From positions 1 through 34,154 of IMG/VR virus record IMGVR_UViG_3300023184_000332: DNA of 34,154 nucleotides; one strand, 5' to 3'. Source of the DNA: a virus. Lineage: Duplodnaviria; Caudoviricetes. Positions 1-8,827 of the stretch are shown piece by piece (within the stretch, counting starts at the first letter, position 1; every line of letters begins with the position of its first letter). Made by a program: the position numbers and the translations under genes. The notes under the pieces were generated by a model. The model was not told the origin of the DNA and made no database searches. It saw only the letters and a list, made by a program, of their open reading frames with translations.

Positions 1-1
1 C

Positions 2-337
2 GTGCCGGTCGTGGAGCCATCGGTGGAGCCGGTTAAACCGCCAGAAACGCTTGCCGGTGGCGTCAAGTGGTTCGTTGTGGTCGTTGACCCATCCGACATC
101 TCACAAGCGATCTGGCGCACCGACAGAGGCCTGCGGGATGCACTCGCCTCCAAAGGTGTCCAGATCCGGTCATACGTCTCGACCGAAGAAGACCTTGATC
201 AGCTTGGATACCGTGCGACGGTTCGGGGCGTGGGTGTACCGTGCGTGATACTTCAGGACGGAAACGGCAAACTGGTAAAGGCGATACGACCGACCACCCT
301 GGCGGACGTTGTGGCGATCGCGGAGGCCATTCGATGA
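2..337 (+). CDS. 5'-truncated hypothetical protein (possible thioredoxin-like fold)
   Basis: Open frame from the window edge; Pro-rich linker then 'GVPCVILQDGNGKLV'; its stop overlaps the next ATG (ATGA 334-337). Confidence 0.55.
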   Translation: MPVVEPSVEPVKPPETLAGGVKWFVVVVDPSDISQAIWRTDRGLRDALASKGVQIRSYVSTEEDLDQLGYRATVRGVGVPCVILQDGNGKLVKAIRPTTLADVVAIAEAIR

Positions 338-1128
338 GCGGCAACCAACTCTGGCCAGTTCTTGGCGACGAGTGGCGGGGCATGGGCAACAAACCACCGT
401 CGATCAGTCTCAAACTGGGTTCAAGCCAGCCATTGCCTGATATTCCTGAGTCAGAATGGCGAGAGTTTGATTACACGAAAGACCCGAGTTTCCCGGTCAA
501 AATCAAAGATCAAGGCCAGTCCAGCGGATGTAACGGGCACGCTGCAGCAACATGCTCGGAAGTGGCCAGGTGGATAGCGGGCCTGCCACATGAGGAGTTA
601 TCGCCATGGTATATCTACGCCAATCTATGCCGCGGATGGGACACCGGATCAAGCATTGCGGACGCTTTGCAATTCCTTGTTTCCAAGGGCGTTTGCAATA
701 GCAAATACGTTCCCTACGGGACGATCAACCCCTCACGAATCAAACCAGACGCGACAACAGACGCCGCCAAACACCGCATCGAAATAGGCCACACTCTGAC
801 AAGCTTTCGGGACCTCTGTATATCGGCACAATTGCGACAACCTTTTAATTTCTCGATCTCAGTGAATACGGGATTCAATTCACTCGACAAGAACGGCTGT
901 CCATCGAATATCAGTGGGGGCCACAATCATGCGGTCATGGGCGGAATTGGAATGAAACGGATCAATGGGAAATGGTATTTCCTCTTTCCGAATTCGTGGG
1001 GAAATAGATGGGGCATCAACGGGTACGCTTGGGTGGGCGAAAAGAACCTTGAAGGGTGGGGTTTTGACGCTTATTCGGTGATCGCAACACGAGAGGACAC
1101 AGCGGGCGGGCCGCCTGCGATAATATGA
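334..1128 (+). CDS. Papain-like (C1 family) cysteine peptidase
   Basis: Motifs DQGQSSGCNGHA (Gln/Cys), GGHNHAV (His) and NSWG (Asn); start placed at ATG 334 (GGAGG at 322-326, ATGA overlap) rather than 241. Confidence 0.85.
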   Translation: MSGNQLWPVLGDEWRGMGNKPPSISLKLGSSQPLPDIPESEWREFDYTKDPSFPVKIKDQGQSSGCNGHAAATCSEVARWIAGLPHEELSPWYIYANLCRGWDTGSSIADALQFLVSKGVCNSKYVPYGTINPSRIKPDATTDAAKHRIEIGHTLTSFRDLCISAQLRQPFNFSISVNTGFNSLDKNGCPSNISGGHNHAVMGGIGMKRINGKWYFLFPNSWGNRWGINGYAWVGEKNLEGWGFDAYSVIATREDTAGGPPAII

Positions 1129-1239
1129 ATACCCCAAAATACGTATGTGTTAAAAAAAACACACATCAAGTCATATAAGCATGTTATCATGTATTCTAGG
1201 CGATGATATAAGCAAGAGCTTTGTCATAGGAAAACGTAA

Positions 1240-2001
1240 GTGCAAAACAACGAACTCGAAAGAATATTCAAGCGTGCGGCTGTACCTCGCGTAGACGACA
1301 TGGACTCTGGCGGATTCTCTGGGTACGCAAGTACGTTCAATTTTATTGACTACGACAACGATATTATTGCACCTGGTGCTTATGCATCAGACATACAAAG
1401 ATTTCTTACCAAAGGATTTATCGGCGGCGTTGGCCACGACCATAAAAATCCAATAGGTAAACCCGTAGAGCTTTTTGAAGACTCAAAAGGATTGTTTCTT
1501 GAAGCGATACTTATTGACACAGAAAAAGCGCGTGAAGCCAGAAAGATGATTACTTCTGGTGTGGTACAAGAGTTGTCAGTAGGAATACTTCCATTGCAAG
1601 TACGAAAGCTATCTACACTTAAAGATGTAAAAGAGTATTGGTCAAAATCTGGCCATACACCTACATCAGAAGAGCTTTCTAGGGCAGAGGGTGGAGCAAG
1701 ACTTATCAAGAGGGCGAAGCTTCTTGAAGTATCTCCTGTTGCCATTGCAGCAAATGAGCAAGCGGAAATTATGACTTTCAAGGCTGGAAGAAAGATATCC
1801 CAGTCTACGGCTGATAGATTGTCGCAAATTTGTGCGCAAGTCGAATTAGTCTATCAAATGCTTGAAACACTACTTGCCGACGCTGGTATTTCAACCGATT
1901 CGGAAAAAGTGGAACCTATGGATAAATCCATAGAAAAGACGGCACCGGCAGATGACTTCTCTCATCTTTTTGAGCAATTCCGTTCTTACATAAAGGGGTA
2001 G
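1240..2001 (+). CDS. HK97-family prohead (capsid maturation) protease
   Basis: FSGYASTFNFIDYDNDII, HDHKNPIGK, LSVG and LLEVSPV motifs; lies directly before the capsid gene. Confidence 0.9.
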   Translation: MQNNELERIFKRAAVPRVDDMDSGGFSGYASTFNFIDYDNDIIAPGAYASDIQRFLTKGFIGGVGHDHKNPIGKPVELFEDSKGLFLEAILIDTEKAREARKMITSGVVQELSVGILPLQVRKLSTLKDVKEYWSKSGHTPTSEELSRAEGGARLIKRAKLLEVSPVAIAANEQAEIMTFKAGRKISQSTADRLSQICAQVELVYQMLETLLADAGISTDSEKVEPMDKSIEKTAPADDFSHLFEQFRSYIKG

Positions 2002-2005
2002 AGCT

Positions 2006-3355
2006 ATGGCAGCTTCGCCAAAACTACGTGCTGAATTCAAAAGTGCGTTCGCAGAAGCCGAATCACTTCGGCTAAACGATGATCGAACAGAAGAACAAAC
2101 GGCACGATACAAGTCAATCTTGCAGGTAATTCTACCTGAACTCAAAACGAAGATTGATGAATCGGATCAGCTTGATTCTTTAAACATTGACTCCTATCGA
2201 GATTTGACAAATAAGTCAATTGGGACGCCGTATAGTGCGTCAACGCAATCCGCAGGATCATTTTCTTTTAACCAATCTGGTGAAGCTGATGATGTTGGCC
2301 CTGGTGTTCTTACGAACAAGCAGATTGCCAAGATTTCTACCAAAGAGTACAAAGCTTCTTTTAAAGCATTCTTGCACTTTGGGGAAGAAAAGCTAAAAAA
2401 CTCTTATCCAAGGTCTTACAAAGCTTTGGTCGAAGGCATTGATGAAAGTGCCGGTTATTTTGTACCGCCTGACGTTCTCAATGAGATCGTTATGCGAAAG
2501 GCGGCACCAACTACGCTTCGCGGTCGCGTACGACAAATTACGACCAACAGTAATCGTATTGTGATGCTTAGGACAACTTATCGTGACGACATTCACACAA
2601 GTCCAATTCAAGGTATGTGGACTGGTGAAGCTGGATCTCCTACGGAATCACTTCCACCAACATTTGGTGAAGTCAGTATTCCGATCCATGAATACATGGG
2701 CAGGATTTCGATGTCGAATACGCTTCTGGATGACAGCGGTTTCAATCTTGAAGCCTATTTTAACCAAGAGCTTCAGACGTGGCTTGAACTGCACTACGAA
2801 AAACACCTTGCGTATGGAACTGGCGTAGGCCAACCAAGGGGCATTTGGAACTCAATTTCCTCAAGTGCGGGTGGAGAAGCCGGTAAGTTTGGCTTTGTGA
2901 CTACCGGCACATCAGGTTCAATTGATGCCGACACTGTTAAAACCATGGGTTTTAGCATTCTTCCCCAGTATGCTCAACCAAATTTTGCCTACGTCATGAA
3001 CCAACAAACAGCTAAAGCTATCAGCCTTCTGAAAGCCTCAACTGGGTCGGTAAATAACGGAATCTACCTGTTCCAACGTGGTCAATTGTATCCCGGCATC
3101 GTTGAGCGTACACCTGACCAAATTGACGGCTTCCCAATCGCCTACAGCATGTTTGCTCCGGCAGTCGCATCAAGTGCATTCCCAGTTTTCTTTGGGTCGC
3201 TTCAAGGAGTGTTCATGCCGATCAGAATGGGCTTGTCTGTTCGCGTTCTAAACGAAATTGAAGCTTTGAGCAACAGACGTGTTTATCTGTTCCGTCTTCG
3301 ATGGGGTTCAGACACGATCCAAGAACAATACGGCAAATTCATCAAGGTACTTTGA
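2006..3355 (+). CDS. Major capsid protein, HK97 fold
   Basis: N-terminal coiled-coil delta domain, AGYFVPPD, ISMSNTLLDDS and GTGVGQPRGI motifs; 449 aa. Confidence 0.95.
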   Translation: MAASPKLRAEFKSAFAEAESLRLNDDRTEEQTARYKSILQVILPELKTKIDESDQLDSLNIDSYRDLTNKSIGTPYSASTQSAGSFSFNQSGEADDVGPGVLTNKQIAKISTKEYKASFKAFLHFGEEKLKNSYPRSYKALVEGIDESAGYFVPPDVLNEIVMRKAAPTTLRGRVRQITTNSNRIVMLRTTYRDDIHTSPIQGMWTGEAGSPTESLPPTFGEVSIPIHEYMGRISMSNTLLDDSGFNLEAYFNQELQTWLELHYEKHLAYGTGVGQPRGIWNSISSSAGGEAGKFGFVTTGTSGSIDADTVKTMGFSILPQYAQPNFAYVMNQQTAKAISLLKASTGSVNNGIYLFQRGQLYPGIVERTPDQIDGFPIAYSMFAPAVASSAFPVFFGSLQGVFMPIRMGLSVRVLNEIEALSNRRVYLFRLRWGSDTIQEQYGKFIKVL

Positions 3356-3378
3356 TATAAGCACAATAGGAGAACTAT

Positions 3379-3885
3379 ATGTCCCGTCATAATCAGGTAT
3401 TAAGCGGTGTCCAAGTCAAGAACCTTGTGTTTACCTCGGGAAACAGTTCGTCTGTTCAGGTAAACAGTGCCAACGGACTCTTCGGTGGAGTGACCTTTCT
3501 GGTCAATTTTGCTCTAGCTGCATCCTCGGCAATCAAGGTTCAGGAATCAGCCGATAATTCTACGTGGACTGACCTTACGGTCGGTTATCAGGTATCAACC
3601 ACATTTGGCGTACCAATCACTACCGCTCCTGCTGTTCCTGGTGCCGCAATCTCTGCATCTGCCACAACATCAGCAGTTAACCAGTTTTTGGCAATTAGCG
3701 TCAATCACCAAGGCAAAGATACTGGCGTTCAAACGTCAAACATAACTGCCTTTGTGAGCAAGGTTTACTTGAGAGTTGTGGCGACATCTGGAACTGCCAC
3801 TTACGGTGTTGCATTGCTTCATAACGCCAATCTGACTCCGGTTCCGCAACCTGATATTGCCATCGAAGTCAAGGGAACCAACTGA
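3379..3885 (+). CDS. Probable head decoration/cement protein
   Basis: Follows the capsid gene; beta-rich with 'IKVQESADNSTWTDL' and 'YLRVV'; AGGAG RBS. Confidence 0.5.
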   Translation: MSRHNQVLSGVQVKNLVFTSGNSSSVQVNSANGLFGGVTFLVNFALAASSAIKVQESADNSTWTDLTVGYQVSTTFGVPITTAPAVPGAAISASATTSAVNQFLAISVNHQGKDTGVQTSNITAFVSKVYLRVVATSGTATYGVALLHNANLTPVPQPDIAIEVKGTN

Positions 3886-3905
3886 GTCCCGCCTTTCGGC
3901 CCTCT

Positions 3906-3931
3906 GGGGTACACCTTGCGTGTACCCCTTT
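3906..3931 (+). terminator. Hairpin, probable intrinsic terminator after the head genes
   Basis: GGGGTACAC-CTTGC-GTGTACCCC followed by TTT (short U tract). Confidence 0.5.
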
Positions 3932-3959
3932 GGGTCCATAGGTTACACAGGAGAATAAT

Positions 3960-4613
3960 GTGCCCGACACGCTTCTGACCTACTCTGAGTGCATAAACTA
4001 CATACCAGCCATATCGGACGCCCCACAAGCAACCGTACAGGCTTATGTAGACGTTGCATCACGGATGGTAGAATCGTACTGCAACAGAAAGTTTTTATCA
4101 CAAACAGTATCAGAACGCTACGTAATTCTTAATAGTCAAAGAGTTTACCTAAAATTAACACCAGTTACAAATGTATCAAGAGTTGCGATGTACCAACAAT
4201 CTGATCCAATTTTGGCTGACAGTTGCGGGTACGTATCGGGATACAATTCAACAGAAACAAACATGACAGAGTCCAAGGTTGACATAAATCTTGAATATTT
4301 GCTTGAAAACCGATCAGGAGTAATGACGCTTATAAACATGAAGCTACCCTATTACTCTCCAAGAGATTCTCAATATTCTTACGTAGTTGATTACACTGGC
4401 GGTTTTGACGTATGCCCAGATCAGGTAAAGCTTGCAATAGCTCAACTTGTGAACGGAATGTACGCAGCCGCAAAGTACGACAACGCGCTTCAGTCTGAAA
4501 AGATTGGCGATTACTCTTATTCGAGAGCAAGTTTTAATCCTTTTCTTTCGTCAAAAAATCCAGTTGCACACCTATTGGCACCTTACGTGAGGTACGGCGT
4601 CAATGGCATTTGA
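3960..4613 (+). CDS. Head-tail connector (gp6/gp15-like adaptor)
   Basis: ASRMVESYCNRKF, YTGGFDVCPDQVKLAI, SEKIGDYSYS and LLAPY motifs; synteny. Confidence 0.8.
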   Translation: MPDTLLTYSECINYIPAISDAPQATVQAYVDVASRMVESYCNRKFLSQTVSERYVILNSQRVYLKLTPVTNVSRVAMYQQSDPILADSCGYVSGYNSTETNMTESKVDINLEYLLENRSGVMTLINMKLPYYSPRDSQYSYVVDYTGGFDVCPDQVKLAIAQLVNGMYAAAKYDNALQSEKIGDYSYSRASFNPFLSSKNPVAHLLAPYVRYGVNGI

Positions 4614-4926
4614 CAACTTCCTAAAGCAAACTGCAACAATAAAACTTCTTGTGTCCGCAAAAGACGCAAATCAGGGTACAATTCAGGTATGGAATACGAT
4701 AGGGACTGCCAAGTGTATGGTTCAGCCGTGGTCAGGTGGGATTGGAAGGGAAGAGGAAAAAGATATGTCTCTTGCAACACACAAAATACTTATGGCGGGA
4801 ACATACGACTTAAACGCAAAACATCAGGTGCATGTCGGATCTCTTGTTTACAATGTACTTAAATGCAGGAATTGGAACAGCATTGGACACCACACAACAA
4901 TCGAATGCGTGGTCGAAACATCATGA
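4603..4926 (+). CDS. Head closure/stopper protein (SPP1 gp16-like)
   Basis: 107 aa, beta-rich, ends HHTTIECV; follows the connector. Confidence 0.7.
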   Translation: MAFDNFLKQTATIKLLVSAKDANQGTIQVWNTIGTAKCMVQPWSGGIGREEEKDMSLATHKILMAGTYDLNAKHQVHVGSLVYNVLKCRNWNSIGHHTTIECVVETS

Positions 4927-5540
4927 ATATCAAATCTGCAATTGACGGATTGAATTCTTTGTCAAATAACACAAAATCAAAGTTTACGCCTAGCGTAAGT
5001 TTTGCAGAGTGGGATAAGGCAAAAGAGATTGCTCTTAACGCCGTTGCACAAGCAGCCAAGAGTTTTATCGTATCAAACATGCAAAGACAGTGGCCACCTT
5101 CAAGCAAAGGTGGAGAGCCGCCTGCAAAAAGGACAGGAACTCTTTCGGATTCTATTTCCGTAGTGCCTTACTCGGACGTTTCAAAAATGTCTTCGGTTAC
5201 AGTAAATGTAAACTCTCAAGACAGGTCTAAAGGCAAAAGGCTTCCACTTTACAGCAAGTATCTTCAAACAGGTTGGACGATACCCCATAACGGATTGCCG
5301 AGAAATCTTCCCAAAGGAGCAAACGGAAATACTCCAAAATCAATAAGAAGAACAGGAATTGCGGAACCTGGCAAAATTCAGCCAAGGCGTCCATTCTTGG
5401 ATCTTCCAATACGCATGGGGTACACTCCGCATTTAGCACTAATCTACAGGAGAAGTCTATTTGCAAATTTGCCTCACAGGTTCAAGTCGAAAGCACTCAA
5501 GGCAAAACTCACAATTCAGTACATCAGGCCCAGTCTTTAA
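4923..5540 (+). CDS. Neck/tail-completion protein (HK97 gp10-like)
   Basis: PPAKRTGTLSDSI, YLQTG and PRRPFL motifs; basic; start at ATGA overlap 4923. Confidence 0.55.
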   Translation: MNIKSAIDGLNSLSNNTKSKFTPSVSFAEWDKAKEIALNAVAQAAKSFIVSNMQRQWPPSSKGGEPPAKRTGTLSDSISVVPYSDVSKMSSVTVNVNSQDRSKGKRLPLYSKYLQTGWTIPHNGLPRNLPKGANGNTPKSIRRTGIAEPGKIQPRRPFLDLPIRMGYTPHLALIYRRSLFANLPHRFKSKALKAKLTIQYIRPSL

Positions 5541-5554
5541 TCTAGGAGTAGGAA

Positions 5555-6088
5555 ATGGCTTTAACGATCAGCGGATCAGCAGGTCAAAGCGGAAGTCTTT
5601 CGCTTAACGACACCACGTTAAGCAGTTCAGTTACAATCTCTTTGGCCGGATCATTGTCAACGGTTACTCAACCAGCAACAATCCCGGCAAACACAAGCGA
5701 TTCGAATTGGACATTGACGGGTATGTATGCGAACTCTTTTTACAAAGGAAATCTCGCAAATCTTACCACTTCAAAGACTTCTGGTGGAAATATCACGTTC
5801 AACACAATTCCCAACGCATTGTGCATTTCAGGCAACTGCACATACGTAAACACATTGTACGTAAAAGATGTTGGCGGAGGCGGAGTGCGTATTTATTGGC
5901 CAAGCGTTTTGCATTCAGGCGCAGCAAACGATACAGCCAATTACACTATTGTCCCGCCATATGGAACACTTCAGATTACTGTTCCAATGCAAGGATTGGC
6001 TGTTGCTACTTCTTTATTGTCGTTGACATCAAATGCAAATACGACATCTGCTTTTGTCGTTCTTGCTTATAAAGATGCGGCAAACTAA
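5555..6088 (+). CDS. Putative virion structural protein
   Basis: Ser/Thr/Gly/Asn-rich beta protein within the neck module; AGGAG RBS. Confidence 0.45.
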   Translation: MALTISGSAGQSGSLSLNDTTLSSSVTISLAGSLSTVTQPATIPANTSDSNWTLTGMYANSFYKGNLANLTTSKTSGGNITFNTIPNALCISGNCTYVNTLYVKDVGGGGVRIYWPSVLHSGAANDTANYTIVPPYGTLQITVPMQGLAVATSLLSLTSNANTTSAFVVLAYKDAAN

Positions 6089-6456
6089 TGAGTCCAATAT
6101 CTGATATCTCTAACAGATGGTCTACAAATAGCGCGGTACCGTGCTTCATAGGTGCAGCCATAAACGGCACCCTACCGCCATATGTAGTATTTACGTCTAT
6201 GGGGAATTTAGAGGTCAGATCTTCTCCAAATATAGTCAACTGGACCGAAGAAACGATATCTTTTATGGTTGTAACGAATACATCTGTGGAGTCTAATGAC
6301 TTATCAATGTATGCTTTACAGCTATTCAACTTAAAGTCATTCGGTTCAGTAGCAGACATGAAAAAAAATTCGGGGTCTACCTATTACACTGATAACCCTA
6401 TACTTACGGGGTCAAAAGGGTGGGTAGGAATAATTGACTTTACAATCAAATACTGA
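6088..6456 (+). CDS. Putative tail terminator protein
   Basis: 122 aa, 'LPPYVVF' motif, immediately upstream of the tail tube gene. Confidence 0.5.
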   Translation: MSPISDISNRWSTNSAVPCFIGAAINGTLPPYVVFTSMGNLEVRSSPNIVNWTEETISFMVVTNTSVESNDLSMYALQLFNLKSFGSVADMKKNSGSTYYTDNPILTGSKGWVGIIDFTIKY

Positions 6457-6470
6457 TAGGAGAATCAGAT

Positions 6471-6920
6471 ATGGCCTCACCAGCCGCAACAAAGTACGCG
6501 CTCGGAAGAAATGAAGTTGTAACGGTGACATACTTGGGTGTCACAAAATCTATCTGTATATCAGAAGGTAGTATAGATATTACTACTGACACGATAGAGA
6601 TTTCAAATAACTGTAATGCTGGATGGAAAATTAAACTTCCAGGCCAGTCTTCCGGTAGCATGTCAGCAACGGGATACGTTGCTACTCAAGCGGGGCAAAG
6701 CCCTCTTTTATGGAGAGGAAATATTGTGTACGTATCGTTTACTGCATACGATAGCGATCCTGTTGCACAAAGTTCTCCCATGGTATTCTCGGGATTTGCA
6801 GTTTGCTCTCAGGTAAGAACGTCAATTGACGCAAATGACGCTTTGCGTGTAGAATTGACATTTGATCTTACGGGCGCACCAGACAACACGAGTTATCTAC
6901 AAATTGCAGGTAACGTGTAA
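6471..6920 (+). CDS. Major tail tube protein
   Basis: IDITTDTIEIS, GWKIKLPG..SGSMSATGY and FSGFA..ELTFDLTG pattern typical of siphovirus tube proteins; synteny. Confidence 0.7.
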   Translation: MASPAATKYALGRNEVVTVTYLGVTKSICISEGSIDITTDTIEISNNCNAGWKIKLPGQSSGSMSATGYVATQAGQSPLLWRGNIVYVSFTAYDSDPVAQSSPMVFSGFAVCSQVRTSIDANDALRVELTFDLTGAPDNTSYLQIAGNV

Positions 6921-6967
6921 GGCAAGAGTTCGTATGTCAAAACCCACTCCGAAAGGTGGAGCATCTC

Positions 6968-7414
6968 ATGTCAGTATCGTTTAGTATTGATAAGCTTGCA
7001 AACAGCGGAACCCCTATAGAAATTGACGGAAAAGTGTGGTTGGTAAGCCAACTTACATTGAGAGACCAAGGAAAACTTCAGACTACCTTGAAGACAATCC
7101 AGCCGTCTCCTATGTCTCAAATAGCACCTATGTCACGAACCTTATCGCCAGAAAGCTACGCAATGGTGGTAAGGGATGCAAGAAAAGATATGCTATTTTG
7201 GCCAAGCCCAATTACAACGCCTGAAGGACTGAATCTTGTCCTTACGAATGAGGAAGGTCAAAAGGCACTCTTGAGTTTATCGCTTGGAAAACTACAAGAA
7301 ATGTCCGAAGCAATTATTGCAGATCTTGTAGAAAAGATCACCTATCCACAGTTCATCAGGATTGCAACAATAGCTATATCAGGTGAGGACCCAGAAAACG
7401 ACCCAAAATCTTGA
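6968..7414 (+). CDS. Tail assembly chaperone (lambda gpG analogue)
   Basis: Follows the tube gene; GGAG before ATG 6968; ends in slippery C CCA AAA (..DPKS*). Confidence 0.7.
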   Translation: MSVSFSIDKLANSGTPIEIDGKVWLVSQLTLRDQGKLQTTLKTIQPSPMSQIAPMSRTLSPESYAMVVRDARKDMLFWPSPITTPEGLNLVLTNEEGQKALLSLSLGKLQEMSEAIIADLVEKITYPQFIRIATIAISGEDPENDPKS

Positions 7415-7608
7415 CGGGTGAGGCTCGCGGAGAACAAAAGCCTGTGAACTACCATGAGTTCATCAGAAATCTTGTAGTGGATGGAAGCATGAGATACCAA
7501 GACGTGCTTGATCTTACATCCACTCAGATTTCGGCACTGTTGACCAAAGAAAGCACACCCCCAGGATTCATAAGCGAAGAGCAGAATAAAGAATTCATGA
7601 AAGAATAA
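7402..7608 (+). CDS. -1 frameshift extension of the tail chaperone (gpGT analogue)
   Basis: CCCAAAA at 7402-7408; the -1 frame is open to TAA 7608 and encodes 'VLDLTSTQISALL'. Confidence 0.7.
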   Translation, partial: PKILTGEARGEQKPVNYHEFIRNLVVDGSMRYQDVLDLTSTQISALLTKESTPPGFISEEQNKEFMKE

Positions 7609-8802
7609 ATGCCAAACAAACCGTCTCCATACCCTAAATATCAATATACAAATCCACTTTTGGAGGAAGTGATACCGGCTGTTACCAAAAACTGGCAGCC
7701 AGACTTAACGCAATTTGCGCTAGATTATTCTATGGATGGCATGGCGTCTTTGAATCAATCATGGATTGCACCAAGGGATAAAAACCTTGCGCTTGCAATC
7801 CGCCAAATGCTTTCATGGAATAGAAATCTTTATAAAGGAGGGCTTGGTTATTCGGCAACAATATTTAACGACCACACGTATTTTCCTAAAGGTGGCATAA
7901 CAGATCCGGCGTGCAGAAGGTTAGTGCCGGTGTCTGCCAAAGTTACGCCAATGCTTACAAATCAAACGCCTGAATTTATGGAAGGACACATGGGTGCTCC
8001 AATAAATGCATCTACCTACACCGCATGCGCTTTTCCTGCAATGCTTACAGATAAGTATAAAGTCGATATAACTTGGGCACCAGATGAGTTTACAAATACA
8101 TTTGACATTCAGTACGCAAGAATAGAGATTGAGCCGTCTGTTCGTCTTGAATCAATTTCTGGAAACAACCTTGGAATCGTCTCGCTTGACGCTAAAGGAG
8201 ACGCCAATAAAGATGGCAAAGTATTCAAAATATCTACCGGATTCCCAATCCGAGAAGCACAAATAATGATAAAAATAACTTATCCGTGGGTGTCAAAAGA
8301 TTGGGACTTTCCTACAGTACCTGCCATAGAAAAAGCTGGCCCTATTGGAGATTGGTGGGGAAGACAGGACGTGGGACCGCCAATGGGAGTTCTTCCCCCT
8401 GGACAGTATTTAGGTACGGTCAACAATAAAGAGTTTCTAGGCTTCCCAAGGGGTAGAGTCCTTTATCAGTCAGCGGAAATGGTGGATCGGCAAAGTCCTG
8501 TCACTACAAGACTTGGATACCAGATAACACACGTTTTTCTTGTTCTTGCCGGTGCGTCTTGGAACTACTCAAGATACGAAGGTTGTATTGGAGAAAACGG
8601 ATTTGTAGTGCAAACAAACGAAGGCCAAGAAAACGAATATTACTGGCCCTACGGAGCTACCGTAGCAATCACAAAAGACGGCAAAGTGTATCAAAATAAC
8701 GGGAAAGCTATTTATCCATATATCCATAAAGATTTTGACAATCTACTATATTACGGTGGACCCGGTAACGCAAAAAATCCAGCAACTTTTTACAACGCAT
8801 AA
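7609..8802 (+). CDS. Putative tail/baseplate protein, 397 aa
   Basis: Long ORF within the tail operon, abutting the gpGT stop; no family recognised. Confidence 0.5.
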   Translation: MPNKPSPYPKYQYTNPLLEEVIPAVTKNWQPDLTQFALDYSMDGMASLNQSWIAPRDKNLALAIRQMLSWNRNLYKGGLGYSATIFNDHTYFPKGGITDPACRRLVPVSAKVTPMLTNQTPEFMEGHMGAPINASTYTACAFPAMLTDKYKVDITWAPDEFTNTFDIQYARIEIEPSVRLESISGNNLGIVSLDAKGDANKDGKVFKISTGFPIREAQIMIKITYPWVSKDWDFPTVPAIEKAGPIGDWWGRQDVGPPMGVLPPGQYLGTVNNKEFLGFPRGRVLYQSAEMVDRQSPVTTRLGYQITHVFLVLAGASWNYSRYEGCIGENGFVVQTNEGQENEYYWPYGATVAITKDGKVYQNNGKAIYPYIHKDFDNLLYYGGPGNAKNPATFYNA

Positions 8803-8827
8803 CCACAAAGTGCAATGAGGATATACT

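Noticed and set aside
241-333. N-terminal extension of the papain-like ORF from 241
   Set aside because: It overlaps the upstream gene; ATG 334 has a GGAGG RBS and ATGA coupling
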